A stretch of DNA of 59,236 nucleotides from positions 1-59,236 of IMG/VR virus record IMGVR_UViG_3300025102_006169, one strand, 5' to 3'. Positions 10,101 to 21,000 of the stretch are shown piece by piece. The position numbers and the translations under genes were made by a program. The notes beneath the pieces were generated by a model that did not search any database, was not told where the DNA came from, and saw only the letters and a program-made list of their open reading frames with translations. Source of the stretch: a virus. Lineage: Duplodnaviria; Caudoviricetes. Numbering within the stretch: the first letter of the stretch is position 1; every line of letters starts with the position of its first letter.

Positions 10101-10906
10101 AAGGTTGAGTGTGCCTCACTACGATGGAAGGCTCCTGCCATGAATCCAGTTCCACGATGAAAATGGACAGGCCCAGCCCAAACTTTCCCATCCGGTTGAA
10201 CAAAAACATGCCCTTCTTTTCTTGTGGCGCCGCGATCAATTATTGTTTCTGAGACGGAATAACCCTGAAGGAACCCTCTCCTAGACGTGGCTCGGTTCAC
10301 AGGTAATCTTTTCTTTGCCTCTTCTAAATCAACAAAGGTGTGAGCAAATAATGATAGATGTCTTGGATTTAACTTGTCAATAGAAAATGTTGCATCATAG
10401 CTAACAGAGTAAATTGTGCTTCCATCAACTGTTTCTCTCCGCTGCATAATAATAGAGTCTGATAGCCCTTTCTTCAGATCTATGACCTGTTGCACAACTT
10501 TTCCAGTTTGCAGGGCTAATTTAATATTTCTTGGTGAGAAGCCACCTTCTCTAAAATCTTGTGTTAAATTTTTGCTTTTACATAAAATTAGTCTTGCTTT
10601 TAATAAATTTAAAATTGAAGCATCATCGAACCAAGATGACTTGCCATTCTCCTTAAGGATGTCCTTTATTACAAACTCTACATTTATTTTCAAACCAGTC
10701 TTGCCGTATGTAGCACTTTCAAATGATTTGCGGTCTATCCCAATGGTAGAACCAAATTCATTCTTTGTTGTTTCTTCTAACTGATTTAACTCGTAGCTAA
10801 TTCCACCCCTACGACCAGAGTCGGTAGTTGGAAATAAGGAGATCTTTCTTATGTATACGTTTGGTAAAACAGTATCAAACACACTTGAGTAATCTATCTC
10901 AGCCAT
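7106..10906 (-). CDS. hypothetical virion/baseplate protein (1266 aa) with His-rich motif and Gly/Ser-rich C-terminal tail
   Basis: Long ORF whose stop overlaps the next start; WAGPVHFHRGTGFMAGAFHRSEAH motif; ends GGSSGGSSGGSSGGSGGGGY. Confidence 0.55.
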   Translation of the reverse strand: MAEIDYSSVFDTVLPNVYIRKISLFPTTDSGRRGGISYELNQLEETTKNEFGSTIGIDRKSFESATYGKTGLKINVEFVIKDILKENGKSSWFDDASILNLLKARLILCKSKNLTQDFREGGFSPRNIKLALQTGKVVQQVIDLKKGLSDSIIMQRRETVDGSTIYSVSYDATFSIDKLNPRHLSLFAHTFVDLEEAKKRLPVNRATSRRGFLQGYSVSETIIDRGATRKEGHVFVQPDGKVWAGPVHFHRGTGFMAGAFHRSEAHSTLNRKKVPNFLIEDYRHIDKLERADLLLQTSRKNARRSRAKQNRSAHRLNVSTRQSYVSPLNIAATATGDTRIVFHVNYERLIKDFSNYGALVESADKRAQAKIFDTSPIVSLKVFRKRVRNGLTREEIILSDEFEDRTEIIAEGGDQVIGTSRAKGEFRKRILRRSKNPSDIESETVIIGAIKEVQLAGLTRQGIRTFSVSDYEISAKDAGFYMYSIEMELEDGTIEFAQQQLNNLTNVRVRLESFLAESDRLENINLKTGQFTENYQKSVRLQYLTPKLSDVVASNKRARANAIRDSIAKAPWLNAIATYLDVLRNLTDVKFDTINSSTNLLYNLVDPATATPDTMRIVVNLISRLENRVKNNLDKKRFNIEEVDYTRKTKAFNSKATNNLIQFKKDFEKNIYDSGTLNFIGFQFIPFTGRQIGPRFITIDSLADRFRIEYRKYFGRTTPEDVLTTDTETQGSDEYIKFIDLSDTYYSYLTPHRVSLGKNNDFRFNDGGLADLNTKKFDNIAYSTLAIQSDSELPLRAYRAKKETPQIPKFDFKDPIDFSSNVDEDLLEVKDSETVHVERASTELAASLGITLLTPSQYMREQTVDETSDTQITSVADLIIPEELMGENTKFATDPFDIEEEVLNEDGTIVEIDNTEILTGLGSSIIRSSTNVFENSKTISVSKFNPKNSENIIDKIGDKKKNGTAIKENFIRNLPNQIKSIMLSNQIETSNNWFQIKRNTGQDLLTSNKFTSYAYYNYKHVNQIEVLVGFETSQDGEAMVSRPKFRRMNKEIFQKISTNNLIVLARLVPYSNSRLKFDRNPKLELPEFDNVFFIGPQMVVKDELTEEATIADTPETTVTSEPVETTELREAVFTDRLVEYADLNETGTIILKRLIKFHREKDKMPVEFMTTAVVQQPKTVTRVGTRFGTATPDRRPPTRSGAREALRGSTSAGVPSRSSSRPATRPMRSSTTSTPSTTGTSYGSSTGGSSGGSSGGSSGGSGGGGY
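7110..7180 (-). repeat. short imperfect 12-bp coding tandem repeat (GGSS)n
   Basis: Plus strand ccagaactgcca-ccagaactgcct-ccactggaccca encodes GGSS units at the end of the 1266 aa ORF. Confidence 0.7.
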
Positions 10907-10924
10907 AATAAAACACCTTTACAT

Positions 10925-10932
10925 TAAGTAGT
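10925..10932 (-). promoter_or_regulatory. candidate late-promoter motif variant ACTACTTA
   Basis: Intergenic, ~19 nt before ATG 10906. Confidence 0.35.
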
Positions 10933-10939
10933 GCCAACA

Positions 10940-12034
10940 TTATAAATCCGGACAATCATCAGCTAAGGCGTCAGATCCATAAAGGTTTCTGGATGTGGGT
11001 GACTCAAGGTCAGGACAAACTATCTCTATATCTGTGAACACATTCTTAGCTTCCAGTTCGGAGATTGCGCTACAAATAAGGTTTTCGTCTATTTCACTAT
11101 CGACATTAATGTCAAAATAATATTCAACAAAGGTTGGATCAAGTGCTGGTATGTTTCCGTTTGGTTGTCCTGCTAGTATTTCAGCTTCGTCGCGATCAAG
11201 AAGAAGGTTATCTCTAACCAGCTCTACTGGTTTAATAAAAGATAATTGTTCAAGAACAGGTTCGCCAAAAGATCCAGTTTGCTCAGTTATTTCAAATACC
11301 TCTATGTCAAAATTTTCAAAATCAAAGTCGGTGTTTTCCTCATCCACAACTATAAGAATCTGTTCTGGGCCGATGGCTGCAAACGTATTATCCGTATACG
11401 TTCTACCGGGCACAAGGGCAGGGTCTGGTTCAAACTTTGGCTGTGGACCAGTAACGTCAGCAATTAAAGTTTTAAAAATTATGTCAGATTCAATCTGTGG
11501 GACTTTTAGTAATTGCTGTGTACTTGTGTTGCCCCTTGAGCTTCCTGTTGTGAAAAATTCTACTTTGTCTATTTCGCCTTGCAAAAACTGTACTCGAAAT
11601 GCAGGAGCTTTTTCTGCACCGACTGTTGAAGTTCCCATTGGTGTTTGTAAAACAGTGGTCTTTTCATACATGGCAAGCTTGACTCTATCTAAGTCATCTT
11701 CCTCATTATCAAAAAAATGTTCTTCTCTACCAGTAAAAGAATGCTGAGTGTGGAGGTATGGAGTTTCTTCTTGTATTCTAGATTCGATAAGATTTCTTGA
11801 TTGGGCCGGAAGACTTTTGCCGTTATAAGTGCTGGCGTTGGTGCCAGTTTTTGAATCGTCAACAGAAATAACAGATGTATCAATATGTATTGCACCATAA
11901 CGAGAATCATAAGTAACATTATCATCAAAAAAAGCATAGAAGGTTGGGCGCATCATGCCTTTAGAAAGCATTTGACGGCCATATCTTGTAAGTTGTACAT
12001 CTAATACTTCTTCTTTTGAATCAAAAAATGTCAT
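10940..12034 (-). CDS. virion structural protein, N-terminal paralog of 3759..4682 (364 aa)
   Basis: MTFFDSKEEVLDVQLTRYGRQMLSKG..RPTFYAFFDDNVTYD aligns by eye with MGFLDNSGDIILDAVLTDTGRMRLAKG..KFALGDDEINY. Confidence 0.55.
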   Translation of the reverse strand: MTFFDSKEEVLDVQLTRYGRQMLSKGMMRPTFYAFFDDNVTYDSRYGAIHIDTSVISVDDSKTGTNASTYNGKSLPAQSRNLIESRIQEETPYLHTQHSFTGREEHFFDNEEDDLDRVKLAMYEKTTVLQTPMGTSTVGAEKAPAFRVQFLQGEIDKVEFFTTGSSRGNTSTQQLLKVPQIESDIIFKTLIADVTGPQPKFEPDPALVPGRTYTDNTFAAIGPEQILIVVDEENTDFDFENFDIEVFEITEQTGSFGEPVLEQLSFIKPVELVRDNLLLDRDEAEILAGQPNGNIPALDPTFVEYYFDINVDSEIDENLICSAISELEAKNVFTDIEIVCPDLESPTSRNLYGSDALADDCPDL

Positions 12035-12054
12035 ACTTTAATTACCCTCATTGT

Positions 12055-15000
12055 TTATGGTGTCTCAGCGCCTGTTGTAAGGGCGCCTCGTCCGGTTCCG
12101 GCGGGGGTGGTTGTGTCTTGATCGCTAACAGTGGTGCCCCCTTGAAGCATACCAGTGTTACCACTTCCCCCAATTCTTCCACCTGTTAACAGATTAGAAG
12201 TAATCATGTCAGACGATGTGTTTACACCCTGTTGTGCTGACAAGCCGCCAGCTCCTGCGCCAAGATTAAGTGTAGTATCTTGAATGCCTGCCGTGTTTGT
12301 TTCACCTTGCGGGCCAGTTGATGGCTCGCCAAGGAACGGCGGTCGTTCATGAACTGGAGGGTCAACATTAGGCGGCTCTTGGCCCGGTGCGGCAGGTGGT
12401 GGTAAATCAAACGACCGGTCTTTGCCTGATGATCTGAATTCGACCTCGGCGCCGATCTTTGCGAGTTCTATCATAGAACAGAAGTCGTATGGCCAGTTAC
12501 TGGTGTACTTTGGCATCGTTCTTTCTCTGTTGTCTGTGAACTGGAGATAATCACTGAACGCCCTTTGCTTGACTTTGAACACCATCCACTGAAGTTTTTC
12601 TGGCATGACAGTTCTCTTAACAATAACATTATTAGGTGTCTTTGTCGCTGCATCTGTTAATCTAGTTAGCGATCCAAGAAGTTCATTGTCATAAAGCCTG
12701 TGAGTAACCGATTCTTGGGCACGGTCAAATTTAACTGTTAATTCTGGGGCAAGGTTTTGCCACATGTGCTGTAGATCGTTTTTAGTAAACGTGTGAGTAA
12801 AATCAAAGATGTACATTGCGACCGGTGCGACTTGCCCCGGATTATTCAAAAAGTCAAAGAATGGAGGCATAACATATTTTGACATAAGATCGACTTGGCG
12901 TTTAACACTGGCGCCGGCAAGAGTTTCATAGTTCGGGTTGGTTGGGCCCATAATTCTAAAGAATTTTCTTTCGCCCTGATCCTCGATAAACGGTACCGCT
13001 ACAATGCCTTCGCTCATTTGTTTTGTATCTCTTAGTTCACCCACTCTTTGTGGCTCTGTAGAGAATCCACAGACATCAATTAACGACTGAATTTTTGGAA
13101 TTCTAACAGAATCATCCCCGTCCACATTTGAATAATTTCTGCCGGCGTCAGCTACACCAATGGCAGATGTGTCGTTATTTGATTTAACCGGAACTGAATA
13201 TCCATTGTAATACTTCTGCATCGCCGCGATGCGGCCTTGGCGATTGCCAGAAATGTATGGCGACCTGCTCACCAACCCAGTATTATTAATACCGGGCAAG
13301 TCATCAATAAGCGATGCACTTGGGTGATTAGCTAGCCACATTTCTGGAATATCTGTTACTTGCAGATAAACACCTTCGTCGCCTTGTGGCAATCTTCCAA
13401 ACTGATGCCACATCCCAAGAGGTATAGTTGCGTTTGCTGGACCACTGTCAGTGGTTGTTGGGAAAGCGGAAAGGTTATTAATGTAACCAAAATCTAGAAT
13501 AGGGCATTCAAATTTGGTTTGAATTTCCCAAGCTCGATCTTGATCAAGACCAGTGTTGCCCTCTGATTCTGATGATTTTCTAAAAATGTTAACTGATGCA
13601 TCTAGTTGCATGCTCCACTTGTTAACATATTTACCTACTGCTGGTCCGATCACCACATCGCCAGATGTGCCATCGCCACTCATAGCTTCGATTCTTGTCC
13701 AGTGAGAACCCTTTGGATGACGAAGCAACTCCTCCTGATCAAATCTCCACTTACGTCTAAAGGACCCTGCTAATGGTGTGCCATTTTTAAGACTCGCGGC
13801 AGAACCACCAACAGTAGAAGCTGAGATGTCAAAAAAGAGGCCCGGTGAAGGTTCTGAAAACATTTCGTCCAGAGTTGGTTGAAATGGAGTATTGGGTGCT
13901 TCGGGGTCTTGACCAAAAGTCACCATAAACGTGTTTAGGCCATTGACCGCAGCGGCATTGATCGCTGTAGTTTTAAGTCCTCTTGGCCAGAAAATAATGT
14001 CATACCAACACTCGCCATCGTAATAGGGTGGCGTATGAGTTGAAAAGACACCATTTTGCGGTGCAAATTCATGATTTTCTGCAAAGGTAGAAGCGGCGGC
14101 TGTACCACCAAATAAGTTATCAGCTACGCCACTAACGCCTGCGGCGCCGACCAGTCCGATTGGAGGACCAAAAGCAGATGGCCGGCTATACATTGTAAGT
14201 GTTTCGCGTGCAGATACATCAACTGGATAACTTGCATACGATGCCGTGGCCCCATTGTATGGGTTTATGTCACCATCTTTGTGTAAGATTTCTCTTGTGT
14301 TTTGCGGGAGAGGGAAAGCTCCCCAAGACCCAGATGGAATTTTTGATTTGTCCATACTGCGCCACATCTTAACCCTCATACCATAAGGTTGTCCGGGCGT
14401 AACTGCTTTAAAATCTTTTTGCGTTTTGGATCTAATTTTCGTGAGGCCACCGTCGCTCATGAAAAAATTAACCGTTTCAGATAAAAAGTTGTTCATCATT
14501 TGTTTATAAACATCTGTATTTTGTCCAGACCAGTTAATCATGCTATCTACCATAGCTAAGGGATTTGGTTCCTCATCTTGAATGTTTAAGTTAGCTAAAT
14601 AATTTTCTGGTTCAATAAGAGATTCAAACGGGACTCTGAAATCCCAACCCAGTTCGTGGTCTGACCTAAATGATCCACCTCCCTGAATTGTCTCGGCTGC
14701 GGTAAACTGGGAGTTTGAAAAAATACCATAGGATCCAGCATTTACCACTGTTTCTTCTGCAACATAAAATTGTTTGTAGAAAGCTGGATTTGGACCGCTT
14801 CCGGATAGAGAACCAGTTAGAATTGGGTAATCAACAGCAAGGCCACTTTTAATTGTATTGTATAAGACACCGGGTGCGAACACAGGCTGAACAAGCGGTC
14901 TTAGGCCAGCTGGAGTATTCATGTTCGCGCCGGTTACATGTGTAATAGTGCCAGACAAAGAAGTTATAAATTCCTCAGAAATTTGTACGGTGCGTTCAGC

Positions 15001-18000
15001 CGGATAAAACCCATCGTATGGTATAAATTTCTTAACAGCACTGCATTTAAGGGTTAAGGAATCTGGCTCTGCCATGTTTTCATGGTCTGAACGCACCACC
15101 TCGAAATATTTCATAAAATCTGAATTGGTGAACGTGGTAAAGAAATTATTTTCGTCGCTGTTTTGGGGAACATTAGAGCCAGAATCAACACCAACTATCT
15201 GCAAGAATCTTGGATTTTCTGCTAGAAAATCACCTTTGTTTCTATAAAACTTTAAGAAATCAGTGATTCTAAATTCTGGTATAATACTGTGATCTTTATA
15301 TTTTACCCTTATGTCATCGGAAAATTCGTCGTATGTGTCATAAAACGGTTGGCGTTCTATAAACTTAAACTCTGGTGTTGCGGCACTACCTGTGAATTTT
15401 CCTGCCATGCGGTTCGCATCAAATGCAGCTTCACCTGTAAAGAAACCATCGACAGAGAACGCCTGATCACTAGATCCATCTGTAACTCCAGCGGCTTTGG
15501 CGAGGCCGATGTGACTGAAGCTGTTAACGTCTGCTGTAACATCAAGACCCCATGGGGCAATAACCGAGGCTGTTGCTGCAAAACTTTGTTTTCTAGCATA
15601 AAGTGGACCTAGACCCGCAACTGTTACAGAATTTGCAGACGAGGCATCCCCATCTGACTGGCGATGAAAGTGAACATAGTCGTTTTGAAGCACGCCGGCT
15701 CGGCGCTCAGGATCATTATGGGATCCGGTTTGCTCGACCGGTGGTAGATTATTATCGCCTCTGGTTTCAAATTTTACTAGAGGATCAAGTGCCCAGCTAC
15801 TTTGGTTTACAGAAACGCCGGCTGGGTTTCTTGGTTTCTTAGCTATACCCTTCAAAGTTCTGTCGGCGCGGGAATCTCTCCAGAAATCATTTTCAAAGTT
15901 ATTTCTCTTTCTGACCTCAGAAGTATACATGTTCTTTGAAGATGGGAAGATTATTTCTTTATAGGTTAGGCTATTAACTTTCTGGATTGGGCTGGATGGA
16001 TCTTGAGTACCACCGTCTCTGTACATCTTTAAGATCTGCTTATAAGATAGGTCACCGGGCTCGTATTTTAAATTAAGAGCGTTTAATAAAGTCTCATCCT
16101 CAATAGTTACAATCTGGTTGCCGAAGGATGTTTTAATGATGCCATCTCTTATAACCACAGTGCCGTCTTTTCTTCTACCTGCTTTGTATTTAACATCGTA
16201 GATCAGGGGCATAAACTTGCTTGTTACAGCCGATTGGCTGACCAAAAGCGTTGTTCCAAACTTGCCTCGGACTTGTTGTGTTCCGCCGTTGACTTTAACA
16301 GTTATCTCAGGTGGGTTTGTGAGGGTGTGAGTGTAAAGGTTGTTTTTTCTATAGTATCGTGCTAATTGACCTTGGCCAACTCTGATTTGCTTCCAAGTTG
16401 GGTATCCGTATGGGCCTTGGCGATGTTGAATGAGGTTTGGAAGAATATCTGGTTGTTTGTCGGAGGGGGGCGCTCCAATCCTTTGTATGAATGAACCCAT
16501 ATTCACTGTGTTCAGGGCAAAGCTGCCAATATCTCCATAATTATAATAGTTATATACATCTGCTGTAAGGGGGTACCCTATTGTAAAATTCGAAGCGGAA
16601 ATTGGCTCTATGATTGTTGTATTGAGGCCGGCGAAATCCGTTCTTACAAGAGAGCCGGCATCGTAAGTGTCATTCTCATGATCGGAGCGACGTGACCCAT
16701 CAGTGAGTCCGGCTCCGAAATCGCTCGCGGTGACGAAGTTTATTGCGCTAATCAATCCGGTTCCTGTTGAAACAAGACCATCCTGTGGGAAATAACCAAG
16801 AACAGGCTGCACTGTTGTTTGGAGAGAGCCGGTAATCCAAGCATATTGAAAGTCAGATCTAGGAATCGGGTGTTGTACAAAGAAGTTGTCAAATGTAGAA
16901 GCCGTCAGAGCCGGGTTTGCATTTGTTAAAGTACTCTGTAATTCGATTCTTCTAAGCCTGTTTCTGTTTATCTTGTGGAAACTGGCTGTAACATTTAATT
17001 CGTAATCTGATGTAACGTCCACATCACTGTCAGATGAGCCTGATTTTAATCCGAAACGCTCGCTCTTTTCTGTTAACAGGCTTCTAAGTGGATCTCGAAC
17101 AGTTGTATTACGATAATTCAAGTTGTTATAAGGACTAACCTCAGCGGCTTCAAAGTCCAAGCCGGGACCACCTCTGTTGTCACCTGCTGTTTCGGGGCTA
17201 CCGGGTGCAGAGAAGCGGCTAACGATAACGTGTTCTGTTCGGCGCCGTTCAGGTTTGGCGTAGTCTGTAACGTGGTCAATGTAGCCAACCTCATCTGCGC
17301 CTGCAACAGAGATAGTAAAGTTGTTTCTTTCACCCTCAGCCTTGGTAAAGGCTGCGTTGTTTACTGTGCGGCTTGTAGTTTGAACAAACTCGTATCGTTT
17401 ATCAAAGTTTCCAGCAGCAATTGTGTTTTGCTTTGCAGAGCTAGTTCTGTGCTGAATGTTCTTGATGTTAACAGGGCGCTTGGCTGTTTCGTCTCTGCGA
17501 TAGTTAGGTCGGGTCGATCGGTTGGAGAAAGGTATAAAACCAAATTCATCCATGTCGCCGGGGCCGAAGGTGGTTCGGGCATTGTTTCTGTTGAATCGAA
17601 AAGCTTCAGCCCTGCCGGATGGGCCTCCTGCATCAGACCCTTCATTTAAGTCAGTATGTCTGTGCCTGTTGCCTCCAACATGTTGATTTGTAAATGGCCC
17701 CTGCATCGGGACTTCGTAATCTGGCCCATAAGAATCATTGTGAAACCCAGCAATTTCTTGATTATCTGGGATAACATCGTTGTTGGTTAAATATGCATTT
17801 GCTTCTGGGTGGACATTTTCATCTTTGACGAAGACGTGTGTACCAAATCCAGCAGATGGGCTGGCTGAAGAGCTAAAGAAAGTGACAGGGGATAGATTTT
17901 TTGCTCCTCGAATCGCCGGTGGAAGATCTGTGAGCGTATCATAAATTGCTGGTATGGCTCTCTTGGTTTGTTTTATAACCGGACGTATTTCTTCTTCCCG

Positions 18001-21000
18001 TATGTCGGCAACAGGTGACGGCTTTAACCTAAATGCGGCGCCGTTCGCAGGATTTAGTAGTGGGAAAACAGCATCCGGCTTCTGGTTTCTTGGGTAGTTG
18101 TATCCACCGCCGATGTCAGAAGAGATGTCTGCTGTTAGTTTGGTGGTTCTAGCAAACTTACGGAGGGCGTATGTAGATCCATCGTAGATACCAGTTGCGG
18201 TGCCGTTTGAATTAAGTTCATCAGCACTGGCAGAGTTAAAGCTTAAAACAATGTCATTGATTTTTTGTCTGATTACATCAACCGAGTGATGAGTTCCCAA
18301 TATAGTTTCAGATCTTAGTGCTCGTTCACGCCAGTACAAATCATGAGATTCATTTTTTCCGATCGGGTGATGACCATAACGCCAATTATAGTTTAATTCT
18401 TCAACGCCCTTCATACTTGATTTAAGATAGGTGCCGCCAAACTTATTACCTGCCTTAACAGTTCCAACGGGCAATCCATCAAACGTCTTGGTGTCAAGCA
18501 TTGGCATTTTGTGCCTGTATTTTGATCTGGTTAAGATGTGGTCTTCGATAACATTTCTAATTTCATCGGTAACGTCTGCGGACGCAGGGACAAGTTGCTG
18601 TAAAAAGATAGATAACGAAGAGTCAATCCACTTATAGTAATCAATAAACTTGTCTAGATCTGGATCATTTTGAATTTTATCAAAGAAAAGCTCGCGAGCG
18701 AATCTCATGCTCTTGTTGTTAGTACGATATTTATGTACAACATCACCTATTAAATCGTTAAAATCAACGATTGTTGCAAAGAACTTAAGAATCTCTTGTG
18801 ATACAATCCCGTAGACACTTTTTTCAAATGCAAAATAAGTTTGGGAGATAGCTGCGTCTCTGGGGTAAAGATCATCATCGCGGGATAAAACGTTTACGGC
18901 ATCAGCAGTGTTGACTGCTTCTGGAAGATTTTGTTTAAATGCTTGAACATACTCTTTACTAATAACGTCGTTTGAATTGCGAGCGTTGGGGAAGAAGCCT
19001 CTGCCACAGTACTGCATTTTGGTGCCGATGGCTCGGCCGTTGCCGTTATAATAAACCTTAAATACGTCACGCTGCATGCGACGGTTAGCGGTCTGAAAGC
19101 CATCATGGAAGGAACCCGAAGTTGCATCAAGCACAACAAATTCACCAGATGCATTGGAGCCAGTAACTTGTGAATAATCCCAATGAAAAAACAAAGTATC
19201 TAAACTTGGTAATCTAACAAAACTGGGGACTGGAGTAGGATCAAATGGAATATGAGTTTGATCCTCGCTGAAGATGACCTCCGTACCGTATGGCGGAATT
19301 GCTTGCTTCAGTGGATGTAGTGTTCCAACATTTTCTGGATCAAGGGCGTGGGCCAGAATAGCAGAGTCTGATACGTCGGTACTGTAATACTTTAGAGAAG
19401 AAATTTTTGTGTCTGCAAAATGACGAACTGAGCCTGTTAGGTCGGTTCTGTCTGCGCCGATAAAAAATCTTTTACTGCCGAAGTGGAAGTTGCTTTGGAT
19501 GTTGTGGCCCACAGTTGTTTCAAAAAATTTATTTTTTAGTACGCCGGCTTCAACATTAAAACCTACAAATTCTACCTTATTGCCAGTACCACTGGTGCCG
19601 GCGCCTGCGGAGCCTGACACGTCTACAAACTCTTGTCCACCTCCACCGCCGGCGCTGTACGCGAGACCTTCATCGAAACCAGTTTTGATGTTTCTTATCG
19701 CAAAATTCCATTTTTGGTTATCGTATACATTACTATAAGTCTTAGTCTCTAATATAAAAAACCCAGCGTCGGGCGTTGAGCTGGTGCCCCCTATAACAAC
19801 AAACTTAGCATCCTTTGAATCAACTGAGGGCCGTACAGCGAAGACCCGCATACCGAGCCCTTTCCCTAGCCGCGTATCGTATTCATCCGTCCTAGTGGTT
19901 ACGTTTGCTTGATATCCAAACAGCGAGGAGCTTAAAAACGGAGTATCAAAATATTCTGGGTTCGAGAATTCTACTTTTTTAGGAAAAATAACTTCGGCTT
20001 CAAATGTATAAGCGGGCACACCCGTTGAGCCGGTAACACGATTTAGAAAGTTTGAGGGATCGTCGTCGCTGTTTGATGCAGACTGCATGTAAACTGTGCC
20101 GTCAAAGCGCGTGGGGTGGTTAAAGTCCACATAATTTTTTCTTACAACGGTTTGTCTATGAGTATCTTCAAGCTTAAACGTTGTGTTATTGCTGTAAGCG
20201 TTAAACCTAACAATGTCATCACCAATACCATAACAGTGCATCAAATTTCTAAAAGATTTTTCAGTGCCCTTAGACTTGTAAATGTGAGACAAGTTATTGT
20301 AAATGTTTTTGTAAATTAAGTTTTTAACTTCGTTTATGTCTAATTTATAGTTTTCTGTTTCGCTTCTGTTGGCAAACAACTCCAGAAGTGTTGCATCAAC
20401 AAAGATTTCTGGGACCATCAAGCCTCTGGAGCTTAACAAGTTTCTCATGAAAGGCGTTGGTTTGCTGCTAGAACTGATGTATGTATTGTCTTTTAGATCT
20501 GGTAAGGCTTTGATCTGTGCGTTCAGAGTATCGAAATAAGAGCCAATGATCTGTGTTAGCTTCTTGATTTGCTGCGTGCCTTGAAGTTCGTCTTCTTCGA
20601 CCATCCAAGCAGGAATCAAGTCTACAATTGATGAATTATTTTCATTATCGTAAATACTACCCGACAAGGACAATTCATCAAACAGAGTCTTTACGTCCGG
20701 GTGTGATCCATAGATAATTGGATCTTCTTTCTCAAAAGTAGCAGCCGACGAGGATACAATGGCAGAGCCTGTGTTTCTGGTTGTAGATCCTTGATAGTTG
20801 TTCCAAACACCATTTGAAATGCGACCGGAATAATCCAAAACAATCCGGTCTGTCGCGGTATCGCCAGTGATTCCCTCGTTAAATTTATAATAAACACCTA
20901 GTTCTGCGTTTGCTATGTTTGTGTTAGTGCCGCCGTTGACTGTGGTGAAATAATTCTGTTGGATTTCTTTTTCTGTTCTCTCGCACTTCCAGTAGCGGAA

